64,000 nucleotides of DNA from an uncultured Victivallales bacterium (GTDB lineage Bacteria > Verrucomicrobiota > Kiritimatiellia > UBA8416 > JABMPJ01). The position numbers and the translations under genes were made by a program. Below are positions 30,540 to 40,170 of the stretch, one piece after another; within the stretch, counting starts at the first letter, position 1, and each line of letters begins with the position of its first letter. Where the stretch lies: assembly GCA_964345005.1 (NCBI GenBank), contig CAYFPQ010000001.1, forward strand, positions 38,751 through 102,750. The letters run 5' to 3'. The notes below the pieces were generated by a model. It saw only the letters and a list, made by a program, of their open reading frames with translations, was not told where the DNA came from and made no database searches.

Positions 30540-31547
30540 ATGCGAATTGCGGTAGATGCCATGGGAGGGGATCATGCCCCCCGCGAGATCGTACGAGGCG
30601 CAGTGGATGCGGCCCGGCGACTGGAGGGAGTGACCCAGATACTCCTGGTTGGAATCGAGGACGCCGTACGTGCGGAGCTGTCCGAGCTAAGCAGTATTCC
30701 TTCGAAGATCGAGGTCGTCCATGCCTCCGAAGTAGTGGATATGGACGAGAAGCCCGTTGAAGCGTTGCGCCGCAAGAAGGACTCCTCCATTGCACGGGCC
30801 GTCGATCTCGTCAAGAAGGGCGACGCCGATGCTGTTGTTTCTGCCGGAAACACCGGTGCGGTCATGGTGTCGGCGACACTCCGGCTCCGTAAGCTCGAAG
30901 CCGTGGAACGTCCCGCCATTGCCACGGTCATGCCGACCCGTAATCGACCTTTCGTATTGCTCGATGCCGGGGCGAACACGGACTGCACGCCGAAGTTCCT
31001 GGCCCAGTTTGGCGTTATGGGGCAGGTCTACTCGCGGCTGATCCTCGGCCAGGAGAACCCCATCGTTGGGTTGCTCAGCATCGGTGGCGAGGAGGTCAAG
31101 GGCAACGATATGACCCGCGAAACCTTCAAGCTTCTCTCCGATTCCGGTCTCAACTTTCGGGGCAATGTCGAGGGACATGACCTCTTCGAGGGCGAGACTG
31201 ACGTGGTCGTGTGCGATGGCTTCGTTGGCAACGTGGTTCTCAAAACCGCCGAGAGCGTGAGCATGGCCATTGGCCATTGGCTGAAGAAGGAGTTTAAGAA
31301 GAATCCGATCCGAATGCTGGGTGCAGTGCTTCTCGGTGGTGCACTCCGCACGATGAAGAAGAAACTGGATCCCGAAAGCTATGGTGGCGCACCGTTGCTC
31401 GGCGTGAACGGCGTGTGTATCATCACACACGGTTCGTCGAGCGCCCGGGCAATTTACCATGCCATTCGCGTCGCAAAGGACTCGGTCGTGGGCCATCTGA
31501 ATGACGCGATTGTGGAGAAGATCAAGGCTTTGGACGGCAGGCTGTAG
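30540..31547 (+). CDS. plsX: phosphate acyltransferase PlsX
   Basis: 'MRIAVDAMGGDHAPREIVRGA...' is the canonical PlsX N-terminus. The ATG at 30540 is preferred over the track's upstream start. Confidence 0.9.
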   Translation: MRIAVDAMGGDHAPREIVRGAVDAARRLEGVTQILLVGIEDAVRAELSELSSIPSKIEVVHASEVVDMDEKPVEALRRKKDSSIARAVDLVKKGDADAVVSAGNTGAVMVSATLRLRKLEAVERPAIATVMPTRNRPFVLLDAGANTDCTPKFLAQFGVMGQVYSRLILGQENPIVGLLSIGGEEVKGNDMTRETFKLLSDSGLNFRGNVEGHDLFEGETDVVVCDGFVGNVVLKTAESVSMAIGHWLKKEFKKNPIRMLGAVLLGGALRTMKKKLDPESYGGAPLLGVNGVCIITHGSSSARAIYHAIRVAKDSVVGHLNDAIVEKIKALDGRL

Positions 31548-31594
31548 AGGATTAGCCGCGAAAGAGCGCAGCGAACGCAAAGAAAGAAGATTAC

Positions 31595-32581
31595 ATGACA
31601 CGCGCAGTCAGGATATCAGGTACCGGTTCTTATCTTCCCGAGAAGGTTCTGACCAATTACGACCTCGAGAAGATGGTCGATACGACGCATGAGTGGATTC
31701 ATACGCGGTCGGGTATCTCCGAGCGTCACATTGCGGCGGAAGGCGAGGCAACGTCGCATATGTCTGCCGTGGCGGCAAGGAACGCTCTCGATGAGGCGGG
31801 AATCAAGGCCGAAGAGCTGGACATGATCATCGTCGGCACGATTACGCCTGACATGGTCTTCCCCAATACGGCGTGCTTTGTGCAGGACCAGATCGGGGCC
31901 AAGAACGCCTTCTGTTTCGATGTCGAGGCCGCATGCTCCGGCTTTCTCTACTCGATAGACATCGCCCGTAACTACATCTCCAACGGTTCGGCAAACAACG
32001 TCCTTGTTATCGGAGCCGAAAAGCTGAGCAGCATTACGGACTGGGAAGATCGCGCTACCTGTGTCCTGTTTGGCGATGGCGCCGGTGCGGTGGTGCTGAG
32101 TGCTGCCGAAGAAGGGCAGCGCGGCATCATGGGAACGGTCATGGGGTCGGACGGCAGCCTGAACGAATTGCTCAACGTGCCCGGAGGCGGCAGCCGTCAT
32201 CCCGCATCGCACCAGACGATCGACGATCGGATGCACTACATGAAGATGACGGGGCGCGAGGTATTCAAGCACGCGGTCCGTTGCATGTCGGACGCGGCCG
32301 TTACAGTGCTGGAGAAGGCGGGGCTGACGGTAGATGATGTCGCCTGCATCATCCCGCACCAGGCCAATGCCCGCATCATCAACGCGATTGCCTCCCGTCT
32401 CGGCACCGAAGACGGTAAGGTCTATATGAATCTGGAACGCGTGGGCAACATGTCGGCGGCGTCTGTGCCCGTTGCGCTGGACGAAGCCGTTCGTTCCGGT
32501 CGGATCAAGCGTGGCGATGTCGTGCTGTTTGTGGTGTTTGGCGGTGGATTCACGTGGGGGGCGTCGGTCCTTGAATGGTAG
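31595..32581 (+). CDS. fabH: 3-oxoacyl-ACP synthase III
   Basis: Active-site 'EAACSGFLY', 'HQAN', 'GNMSAASVP'. 328 aa. Confidence 0.9.
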   Translation: MTRAVRISGTGSYLPEKVLTNYDLEKMVDTTHEWIHTRSGISERHIAAEGEATSHMSAVAARNALDEAGIKAEELDMIIVGTITPDMVFPNTACFVQDQIGAKNAFCFDVEAACSGFLYSIDIARNYISNGSANNVLVIGAEKLSSITDWEDRATCVLFGDGAGAVVLSAAEEGQRGIMGTVMGSDGSLNELLNVPGGGSRHPASHQTIDDRMHYMKMTGREVFKHAVRCMSDAAVTVLEKAGLTVDDVACIIPHQANARIINAIASRLGTEDGKVYMNLERVGNMSAASVPVALDEAVRSGRIKRGDVVLFVVFGGGFTWGASVLEW

Positions 32582-32798
32582 AGCCGCTCCGGCCCGGGGG
32601 AAGGTCCTCCGCCCGGCCGTCCCGGAATACCGGGCCGCCAAGGAGCGGGTGACCTTCCCCCGGGCCTCCGCTGGGGGTAGGTAGGTCCCTGGTGAGGTCG
32701 GAAGGCCTCCGCTGGGGGTACTACCTTTCTGCGGGTGTGGGGGGTATAGGGGGGTATGGAGAATAGGCGCGGCGGAGGGCCGCACGGGGAGTGAGAGT
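32582..32798. repeat. repetitive GC-rich intergenic insert between fabH and fabD (direct repeat of CCTCCGCTGGGGGTA, 2 copies)
   Basis: 'ggcctccgctgggggtaggtagg...ggcctccgctgggggtactacc'. Spacers this long are unusual inside fab operons. Confidence 0.5.
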
Positions 32799-33710
32799 AT
32801 GAGTGCTGCATTGATTTTCTCGGGCCAGGGCGCCCAGTCGGTGGGAATGGGTAAGGATCTGGCGGACAAGTATCCGGTTTGCGCCGATCTCTATGCCAAG
32901 GCAGATGAGGTCATTGGCTACGAGCTGTCGAAGATTTGCTTTGAAGGGCCGGACGAGGAACTGACGAAGTCGAATCATTGCCAGCCGGCCATCTTCGTCA
33001 CAAGCGTGGCATGTGCCAAGGCGCTGGAGGCTGAGGGCGTGGGGCCCCAGGCTGTCGCCATGGCTGGTCTGAGTCTGGGCGAGTGGACTGCGCTGCACAT
33101 GGCAGGCGTGTTGAGCTTTGAGGACACGGTCAAGGTGCTTGAGGCGCGTGGTCGTTTCATGCAGGAGGCTTGCGATGAGCAGGCGGGCGGTATGGTCAGC
33201 ATCATTGGGCTCTCACGTGAACAGCTTGACGGTATCTGCGCCGAAGCGGGCGTGACAGTAGCGAATCTCAACTCGTCGGCCCAGACGGTGTTGTCGGGGC
33301 CGAAAGCGGGAATCGAGAAGGCTGAAGCGTTCGCCACAGAGGCAGGCGCGAAGCGGGCGATCATCCTGAACGTGGCTGGGGCGTTCCACTCGCCACTGAT
33401 GGCCTCAGCCGCGACCAAGCTGGACGAAGTGTTGGCCGGTGTCACTTTCAATGAGCCGACTGTCCCCGTATTGTCTAATGTCATGGGTGAGCCGCATGCA
33501 GGCGCGGACGCGATCCGGGCCAATATGGTCCGCCAGGTGACGGACTCGGTCTTATGGCTGTCGTGCGTTGAGTGGATGCAGGCGCAGGGCGTGAACCGGT
33601 ACGTCGAGTGTGGACCAGGCAGGGTTCTGACGGGGCTGATCAAGCGGATTGCGGCCGGTGCCACGCTGCAAAACGTGAATGATGTCGCGTCGGCGCTCCG
33701 GCTAAGGTAA
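32799..33710 (+). CDS. fabD: malonyl CoA-ACP transacylase
   Basis: 'GLSLGEWTALHMAG' contains the GxSxG active site. 303 aa. Confidence 0.9.
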   Translation: MSAALIFSGQGAQSVGMGKDLADKYPVCADLYAKADEVIGYELSKICFEGPDEELTKSNHCQPAIFVTSVACAKALEAEGVGPQAVAMAGLSLGEWTALHMAGVLSFEDTVKVLEARGRFMQEACDEQAGGMVSIIGLSREQLDGICAEAGVTVANLNSSAQTVLSGPKAGIEKAEAFATEAGAKRAIILNVAGAFHSPLMASAATKLDEVLAGVTFNEPTVPVLSNVMGEPHAGADAIRANMVRQVTDSVLWLSCVEWMQAQGVNRYVECGPGRVLTGLIKRIAAGATLQNVNDVASALRLR

Positions 33711-33789
33711 GCCATTCTTGGCTGGAGATCGCGGAATACCGCGCTCAAAGGCCTGCGAAGGGCTCACCTTAGCCTTCGCTTGGGGTAGG

Positions 33790-33950
33790 TTGAAGGCACG
33801 GCACAGACATACCCAATGACGAAATGCCCAAAGAAACCAAGCAGCGAAATGCGAAACATGCGGTGTGCTTTCGTCCGGGCTTCGTCATTCGTCATTCCTT
33901 GGGTATTCGGGTACTTGGGTGTTTCGTCATTTCCGAGTCCTTAGCATAGC
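33790..33950. repeat. palindromic element with 7-nt-unit arms (ATGACGA AATGCCC ... / ...TCGTCAT TCGTCAT TCCTTGG) between fabD and fabG
   Basis: Left arm 'cccaatgacgaaatgcccaaagaaaccaagcagcgaaatgcgaaac', right arm 'ttcgtcattcgtcattccttgggtattcgggtacttgggtgtttcgtcatttc'. The arms are inverted, complementary and 7-nt periodic. Confidence 0.6.
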
Positions 33951-34023
33951 GTGTAGAGTCTGATGTGGTTTACCCCAGCATTCACTGGGGGATGGGGTAG
34001 ATGATAGGGGAAGGAGTGAGGAA

Positions 34024-34767
34024 ATGGGTGCGTTAGACGGTAAGGTTGCGATAGTGACGGGTGCAGCGCGCGGAATCGGCGCGGCGATCGCGGTTCGCCT
34101 GGCGAACGAAGGCTCGGATATTGCGCTGTGCGATCTTCAGGAGGACTGGCTGACGGAAACGGCCGAGGCCGTGAAGGCGGCGGGTCGTGACGTGGGGTGT
34201 TTTGGCGTGGATGTCAGCGACTCGGACGGCGTCAATGGGGTGGTCGAGAAGGTGGTGTCGGCACATGGCGGCGTCGATATACTGGTCAACAATGCGGGGA
34301 TCACACGCGACACGCTGATGATGCGAATGTCGGACGAAGATTGGGATGCGGTCCTGAACGTGAATCTGAAGGGAACCTTCCTGTTCACGCGTGCCGTAGC
34401 TCGCCCGATGATGAAGAAAAAGGCCGGTACAGTGGTCAATATCGCATCGATTATTGGCTTGATAGGTAATGCCGGTCAGTGTAACTATTCGGCGTCAAAG
34501 GCCGGGGTTATAGCACTCACGAAGTCCTCAGCGAAGGAGATGGCCTCGCGAAACATCCGCGTAAATGCGGTTGCACCGGGCTTCATACAGTCGAAAATGA
34601 CCGACGCATTGTCGGAGGACATTCGGGACAAGATGCTGGGGGCTATTCCGATGAAGCGTTTCGGAACTCCGGAAGACGTGGCAGATGTTGTAGTGTTCCT
34701 CGCGGGGGATACGTCCGGCTATATGACTGGGCAGGTTTTGACCGTGAGTGGCGGAATGGTAATGTAG
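34024..34767 (+). CDS. fabG: 3-oxoacyl-ACP reductase
   Basis: 'VTGAARGIG' ... 'NAG' ... 'YSASKAG' SDR catalytic motifs. 247 aa. Confidence 0.9.
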   Translation: MGALDGKVAIVTGAARGIGAAIAVRLANEGSDIALCDLQEDWLTETAEAVKAAGRDVGCFGVDVSDSDGVNGVVEKVVSAHGGVDILVNNAGITRDTLMMRMSDEDWDAVLNVNLKGTFLFTRAVARPMMKKKAGTVVNIASIIGLIGNAGQCNYSASKAGVIALTKSSAKEMASRNIRVNAVAPGFIQSKMTDALSEDIRDKMLGAIPMKRFGTPEDVADVVVFLAGDTSGYMTGQVLTVSGGMVM

Positions 34768-34794
34768 AGTCCAACCTATAGAAGGAGAAGTAAC

Positions 34795-35034
34795 ATGGCT
34801 CTTGAGGACAAAGTAAAAGAGATCATCGTGGAACAGCTCGGCGTTAACGCCGACCAGGTTACCGCCGAGGCCTCGTTCATTGAGGATCTGGGTGCCGACT
34901 CGCTCGATACGGTCGAGCTGGTTATGGCGTTCGAAGAAGAGTTCGGTGCCGAGATTCCGGATGAGGACGCTGAGAAGCTCACGAGCGTGGGTGCTGTCCT
35001 CAGCTACCTGAAGGAAAAGGGCTTTGACGCCTAA
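34795..35034 (+). CDS. acpP: acyl carrier protein
   Basis: '[20 protein letters not shown]' contains the phosphopantetheine-attachment Ser. Confidence 0.9.
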   Translation: MALEDKVKEIIVEQLGVNADQVTAEASFIEDLGADSLDTVELVMAFEEEFGAEIPDEDAEKLTSVGAVLSYLKEKGFDA

Positions 35035-35052
35035 AGGCTTGAGGTGATCGTA

Positions 35053-35095
35053 ACCGGGAGGACCCAGTGATGGTTCTCCCGGTTATTTCATTTCT
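35053..35095 (+). terminator. intrinsic terminator after acpP (AACCGGGAG-loop-CTCCCGGTT + T-rich tail)
   Basis: 9-bp perfect stem at 35053-35061 / 35076-35084 followed by TATTTCATTT. Confidence 0.6.
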
Positions 35096-35149
35096 GGGTA
35101 CTTGCGGGCTTCATGACGTGGGAGATGTAAGGCCCGGTTCGCTGCAATG

Positions 35150-35292
35150 CAGCAAGAACATCGAACATCGAACAAGGAACATCCAACGCAGAACTGAACG
35201 AGTCTTGAGGATAAGCGGTTGTCAGGCCGACTATTCGCCGACTCTCGCAGCGTTGGATGTTGGGAGTTCCTTGTTGGCTGTTGGATGTTCAA
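35150..35292. repeat. palindromic MITE-related element with 7-nt-unit arms (gaacatc gaacatc gaacaag gaacatc caacgc / complement)
   Basis: Arms at 35153-35189 and 35249-35290 are reverse complements. They share the CCAACAAGGAA core with the MITE arms but have a different central segment. Confidence 0.65.
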
Positions 35293-35366
35293 AGCAGTGA
35301 GACTGGCGCGCACTTAAGCAGCAGTACAGTGCGCTGACTGGTGTTGATGAAGGAAAGGGCGTAACG

Positions 35367-36599
35367 ATGAGACGAGTAGTCATTACGGGGCTGGGTGTTG
35401 TTTCTCCTCTTGGCTGTGACCTGTCGACGGTGTGGCAGAAGTTGCAGGCAGGGGAATCGGGCATTGGCCCAATCACGAAGTTCGACGCGACGGACTTCGA
35501 TAGCAAGATCGCTGGTGAAGTGTCCGATTTCGATCCGAGCGTGGCAATCGATCGCAAGGCCATGCGTCGCATGGACGAGTTTTCGATCTTCGCCATGGCA
35601 GCGGCCAAGTCGGCCGTTGAGGATTCCGGCGTCGATTTCTCGGCGGAAGATCCAACCCGTATGGGCGTGATTGTCTCCTCCGGTATCGGTGGGCTGAGAA
35701 CTCTTGAAGTACAGGCCAAGAGCATGCTGGAGCGCGGTCCGGGCCGCTGTTCCCCGTTCATGATCCCGCAGATGATCATCAACATGGCGGGTGGCCTGAT
35801 TGCCATCGAGTACGGCTGTCAGGGCCCCAACTACGCAGTGGTTACAGCCTGTGCCTCGGCTTCACACGGCCTCGGTCTCTCCATGCAGAGCATTCAGCGC
35901 GGTGAAGCCGACGTGATCATCAGCGGAGGCAGCGAGGCCTCGGTTACCACGCTGGGCGTGGGCGGTTTCTGTGCGATGAGGGCGCTGAGTACGCGGAACG
36001 ACGATCCTACGGCGGCGAGCCGTCCGTTCGACGTTGACCGTAACGGTTTCGTTATCGCCGATGGTGGCGCTATCATTATCCTCGAGGAACTTGAGCACGC
36101 CAAGGCGCGCGGCGCCAAGATCTACTGCGAGCTGGCGGGCTTTGGCATGACCTGCGACGCCTACCACATAACGGCGCCAACCGAGAGTGGTGATGGCGCT
36201 GCGCGCGCCATGAAGATGGCGATGGATAGCGCCGACGTAGCACCGGCGGACGTCAGCTACATCAACGCGCACGGTACGAGCACGCAGCTCAATGACGTCA
36301 TGGAAACAGCGGCCATCCGCGGGGCGCTGGGCGATGCAGCGGATAACGTGATGGTGAGCTCAACGAAATCGATGACCGGACACATGCTCGGTGCAGCGGG
36401 AGGGTTCGAAGCTGCGGTCGTAAGCCTGGCGCTGCGTGACCAGGTGGTGCCGCCGACAATCAATCACAAGCAGCCCGATCCGAAATGCGATCTCGACTAC
36501 GTTCCGAACGAGGCGCGTGAGGCGGCCGTGAACGTCTGTCTGAGCAACTCGCTGGGATTCGGTGGCCACAACGCCTGTCTGGCCTTCAAGAAGATTTAG
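35367..36599 (+). CDS. fabF: 3-oxoacyl-ACP synthase II
   Basis: 'VVTACASASHGLG' active Cys region, 'NAHGTST', 'SNSLGFGGHNACL'. 410 aa. Confidence 0.9.
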   Translation: MRRVVITGLGVVSPLGCDLSTVWQKLQAGESGIGPITKFDATDFDSKIAGEVSDFDPSVAIDRKAMRRMDEFSIFAMAAAKSAVEDSGVDFSAEDPTRMGVIVSSGIGGLRTLEVQAKSMLERGPGRCSPFMIPQMIINMAGGLIAIEYGCQGPNYAVVTACASASHGLGLSMQSIQRGEADVIISGGSEASVTTLGVGGFCAMRALSTRNDDPTAASRPFDVDRNGFVIADGGAIIILEELEHAKARGAKIYCELAGFGMTCDAYHITAPTESGDGAARAMKMAMDSADVAPADVSYINAHGTSTQLNDVMETAAIRGALGDAADNVMVSSTKSMTGHMLGAAGGFEAAVVSLALRDQVVPPTINHKQPDPKCDLDYVPNEAREAAVNVCLSNSLGFGGHNACLAFKKI

Positions 36600-36620
36600 A
36601 GGCAGGAAAGACTGCCATGC

Positions 36621-36941
36621 TTGCGGCTCGCTGGGGACAGCTCGCCCTACCTGGCATTCGATGTGTCTAGATCGACCCTGTCCGAAAAGGGTTGGGACAT
36701 CAGAAAGGGCGAATGACGGAGAGAATATCCAATATCCAACAAGGAATCTCCAATATCCAAGGTAAGACTTCGGTCGATACCGACGGAAACCGCGGAAGGT
36801 AGCGTGAAGTCCGGCAGAAGTTCCCCCCCTTGTAAATTGGATTTGAGTGTTGGCTATTGGATATTGAGATTCCAAAGAGCGCAGATACCTTTTCGGACGA
36901 CGTCTAGATCGTGGCTGGGGTAGCTCTCCGAGCGAGCCGTG
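36621..36941. repeat. REP-like hairpin element (GGCTCGCTGGGGACAGCTCGCCCTACCT family) split by a nested MITE insertion
   Basis: Left arm at 36624-36651. A degenerate right arm ('ggctggggtagctctccgagcgagcc') resumes at 36910 after the MITE. Confidence 0.55.
36667..36908. mobile_element. MITE-like element, copy 2 (near-identical to 14842-15078)
   Basis: More than 97% identity over ~235 bp and the same TIRs (…CTAGA[TCG]ACCCTGTCCGAAAAGG … CCTTTTCGGACGACGTCTAGAT). Confidence 0.8.
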
Positions 36942-36962
36942 TCAGCGCTTGGGACTCCTCCT

Positions 36963-37889
36963 CTACTCTGTCGCGAAGACGGACATGCCCTTCCTGATCT
37001 TGTCGGCTCCGCTCAATGGGGTCAGGTAGGCGATCTTCTCTTTGACTTTGGCGGCTTTGGCGGTCGCGATGGTGGTCAATTCGGTGTCGAGCACTTCGCC
37101 GGTGTCCTCGTCCACAAGCTCCTCGACCTCTCCGATGGAGAACTCCGCGCCCTTGGTAACGCCTTCGCGTGAGCCGCGATTCATGATGATTTTGCCTTTC
37201 TTGGCCATCATGATGGTGCCTTCCCAGGGGATGTCCTCAAGCTGCTCAACCAGGAACTCGAGACCTTGGCCGACGGCATCCTCGCACGCCTTGCCGACGT
37301 TATCCTTCTTGAATCCCGCTAAATCCCCGCGCAGACCGCCCAGCTTGGAGCCGTGATAGCCAACGGAGAGGCCCTTGCGACCGGACTTGCCCACCAGCTT
37401 CGTGGAGGCGACGACCTGGCCTGTCTCGGAATCGACAACATACATCGTGATGTTCACTTCCGCGCTGTCTTTGCTGCCGCCAAGGCTGATCCCCTTGAAG
37501 CTGAATCGCCCTTTTCCTCCCTTGGTGCTCGACTGCACGTGTGTGATCTCGCCCTTGACCAGAAGCTGGGCAGGCGTCATTCGTCCGATCTTCGGAGCCT
37601 TCTTTCCACCGGCCACGCGCCCGCTGGCGGCGAAGTCCTGTTCTGCCATGGCTTCGACCCGCATCTCCTTGTCACCCAGCACAATGAACCAGCCGGACTG
37701 CTGGAGTGCGTCGGTGAGAATCGATGTGAAGCCATCCCCGATAGCCCACTGCCCGCGCCACCCCGCCTTGTTTCTGAAGGTGCTGACCGTAATGGAATAA
37801 CGTAGGTTCCCCTTGTTCTCGGGAATTCCGGCCAGGCATACCGTGGCCAGCGTCAACAATGCGAGGGAGAGAAGAAGGCATCTCTTCAT
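36963..37889 (-). CDS. CsgG-family (curli production/transport component-like) outer-membrane lipoprotein
   Basis: Lipoprotein signal 'LALLTLATVCLAG'. CsgG-like body with glycine-rich 'GKSGRKGLSVGYHGSKLGG'. 308 aa. Confidence 0.7.
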   Translation of the reverse strand: MKRCLLLSLALLTLATVCLAGIPENKGNLRYSITVSTFRNKAGWRGQWAIGDGFTSILTDALQQSGWFIVLGDKEMRVEAMAEQDFAASGRVAGGKKAPKIGRMTPAQLLVKGEITHVQSSTKGGKGRFSFKGISLGGSKDSAEVNITMYVVDSETGQVVASTKLVGKSGRKGLSVGYHGSKLGGLRGDLAGFKKDNVGKACEDAVGQGLEFLVEQLEDIPWEGTIMMAKKGKIIMNRGSREGVTKGAEFSIGEVEELVDEDTGEVLDTELTTIATAKAAKVKEKIAYLTPLSGADKIRKGMSVFATE

Positions 37890-37984
37890 AGCGTGTGCTC
37901 CTGTGGGTTGGTTTCCTATGCGCTCATGCTAACGGGATGGGTAGGGAGGGGCAACCGAGATTTTCCGCCGTTACGAAAAATCAG

Positions 37985-38092
37985 GTTGTTAGACTGTAGG
38001 CTGTAGGCTATAGGATTAGAGACCGGAAGGATCAATGTCCTGCACTATGTCAGACCTTCAGCCTACAGTCTACAGCCTATAGCCTTCTCCCC
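37985..38092. promoter_or_regulatory. symmetrical heptamer arrays (CTGTAGG CTGTAGG CTATAGG ... CCTACAG TCTACAG CCTATAG) flanking a ~45-bp core, immediately upstream of the wHTH gene
   Basis: Direct reading of the sequence. The two arrays are mutually complementary and lie in a divergent promoter region. Confidence 0.5.
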
Positions 38093-38677
38093 ATGAACGG
38101 ACTGGATTTTCTGCTCGCGAATCGCACACACCTGCGCGTGTTGCGTGTTCTGTTCGAGGCGGAAGGACAGATGACAGGGCGAGCCGTACAGCGTGCGGCG
38201 GGGCTTTCAAATAAGGTCACGATGGACGCGCTTCACAGGCTCGTGGAGCTCCGAGCACTCCACGTTGAACCTCATGGGCGGTCGCAACTCTACGAGATCA
38301 ACAGGAACCACTACCTCGTTGATCGGGCCCTGACGCCGGCGTTCGACGCTGAGGAGCATTTCTGGGAGGATGTGGCACGTACAGTCCGGCGTATCATCCG
38401 CCCTCGCCCGATCGCCGCAGTGGCCACCGGGCCGCTCGCGCGCGACGAGACCCAGTATGGCGGACGGCTCATGTTGACCATGCTGTTCTCAACCGGCCGC
38501 AACCGGCTGCGCGCGCTGCAGACCGTGGGCGCCCTGGCAAGACAGATTCAAGACCGGTATGCCCTCAGCCTTGAGCAGCAACTGCTGGATCTCAAGACGA
38601 TGGACCGTGACGAGTACATCCCGCTCTGGCGAAGGGTTGAGCGCGAGGGCATCCTGCTGTTTGGCTCGCTGCCTTAG
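38093..38677 (+). CDS. winged-helix DNA-binding protein of unknown function
   Basis: N-terminal 'LRVLRVLFEAEGQMTGRAVQRAAGLSNKVTMDALHRLVELRAL' is MarR/ArsR-like wHTH. The C-terminal ~120 aa are uncharacterised. Confidence 0.5.
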   Translation: MNGLDFLLANRTHLRVLRVLFEAEGQMTGRAVQRAAGLSNKVTMDALHRLVELRALHVEPHGRSQLYEINRNHYLVDRALTPAFDAEEHFWEDVARTVRRIIRPRPIAAVATGPLARDETQYGGRLMLTMLFSTGRNRLRALQTVGALARQIQDRYALSLEQQLLDLKTMDRDEYIPLWRRVEREGILLFGSLP

Positions 38678-38681
38678 GGGT

Positions 38682-40037
38682 TCAATCTTTGCCGATTTGG
38701 GAGCGAACCAGGTCGGCGAGGGTGTTGGCGATGCGGTTGGCGTCTTCGTCTGTGGGGGCTTCCACCATGACGCGGCAGATGGCCTGGGTGCCGGAATAGC
38801 GGTTAAGCACACGTCCGCCGCTCCCGAGTTCGGTTTCAGCGGCGGCCAAGGCTTCGCTGTAACCGTCCAACGACTCAAGCGGTGGCTTATCCCGGACAGG
38901 GATGTTGATCAGGATCTGCGGCGATTCCGTCATGATCGTGGCCAGCTCGGACAGCGACTTGCCGGAACGACGAATCGTGGCGACGACCTGCAGAGCCGAC
39001 AGAATGCCGTCCCCGGTCGTATGATGGTTGCGGAAGATGATATGTCCGGACTGCTCGCCCCCAAGTACGGCGTCTTCCTCCATCATAAGCTCCAGCACAT
39101 TGCGGTCGCCGACATCGGCCTCGGGATAGGTAATACCCATATCGTCAAACGCACGGTGCAGCCCCACATTACTCATGCATGTGATTACGACTTTGTCGTT
39201 CTTCAGCTCCCCGGCCTGCTGCAAGCCCTGGGCGCAGATGGCGAGGAGGAAGTCTCCCGTGATCTCACGTCCGGTTTCGTCAACCGCTATCAGGCGGTCG
39301 CCATCGCCATCGAAGGCGAGCCCCAGATCAGCTCCGTTCTCGCGAACGGCGGTCTTCAGGTCACTGGTGTACTGCGAGCCGCAGTCCGAGTTAATGTTGC
39401 GGCCATTCGGCTTGTTGTGGATGGCAATAACGTCTGCTCCGAGTTCCTGGAAGATGATGGGGGCCACCTTGTAGGTGGCCCCGTTCGCGCAGTCGAGCAC
39501 GATGGTCATGCCTTCCAGGTTCATATCGGCCGGGAAGGTGTTCTTGCAGAACACGATGTAGCGTCCAATAGCGTCATCGATACGCTTGGCGCGGCCAACC
39601 TCCGACGCGGTAGGGCGGATATCATTGATCTTCCCGGTCGAAACCAGCATCTCAATCTCGGCCTCGTCCGCATCAGAGAGTTTGAAGCCCGCCCCTGAGA
39701 ATATCTTGATGCCGTTGTCCTGGTAGGGATTGTGCGAGGCGGAGATGACGATGCCGGCGTCGGCGCGCATGCTGCAGGTCGTGAACGCAATGCCCGGGGT
39801 GGGGAGGGGGCCCAGCAGGAGTACGTCCACACCCATTGAGCAAATACCGGCAGTCAGTGCGTTCTCCAGCATGTAGCCGCTCAACCGGGTATCCTTGCCG
39901 ATGACGATACGATGGCGTCCCTCGTGCCGCCTACAGATGTGAGCTGTAGCACGACCAATTGCCAGGGCGGTCTCAACAGTCATGGGCGCAATGTTGGCCA
40001 CGCCGCGTACGCCATCGGTTCCAAACAGTTTACTCAT
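38682..40037 (-). CDS. glmM: phosphoglucosamine mutase
   Basis: 'LFGTDGVRG' N-terminus and active-site Ser region 'GIVISASHNP'. 451 aa. Confidence 0.9.
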   Translation of the reverse strand: MSKLFGTDGVRGVANIAPMTVETALAIGRATAHICRRHEGRHRIVIGKDTRLSGYMLENALTAGICSMGVDVLLLGPLPTPGIAFTTCSMRADAGIVISASHNPYQDNGIKIFSGAGFKLSDADEAEIEMLVSTGKINDIRPTASEVGRAKRIDDAIGRYIVFCKNTFPADMNLEGMTIVLDCANGATYKVAPIIFQELGADVIAIHNKPNGRNINSDCGSQYTSDLKTAVRENGADLGLAFDGDGDRLIAVDETGREITGDFLLAICAQGLQQAGELKNDKVVITCMSNVGLHRAFDDMGITYPEADVGDRNVLELMMEEDAVLGGEQSGHIIFRNHHTTGDGILSALQVVATIRRSGKSLSELATIMTESPQILINIPVRDKPPLESLDGYSEALAAAETELGSGGRVLNRYSGTQAICRVMVEAPTDEDANRIANTLADLVRSQIGKD

Positions 40038-40075
40038 GATTCGGGTCCTGTTGCTTTGTTCAGTGCCAGTGGTCG

Positions 40076-40170
40076 ATTGCGGCTCGCTGGGGACAGCTCG
40101 CCCTACCTCATCCTGCGCATGTCTTCACCCGGGCCCAGGTAGGGCTCGCCCTCCGGGCGAGCCGTTCGCC
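40076..40170. repeat. REP-like imperfect hairpin (GGCTCGCTGGGGACAGCTCGCCCTACCT ... AGGTAGGGCTCGCCCTCCGGGCGAGCC)
   Basis: Same family as 53609-53702 and 36621-36651. Overlaps the 3' end of the LbH protein ORF. Confidence 0.65.
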
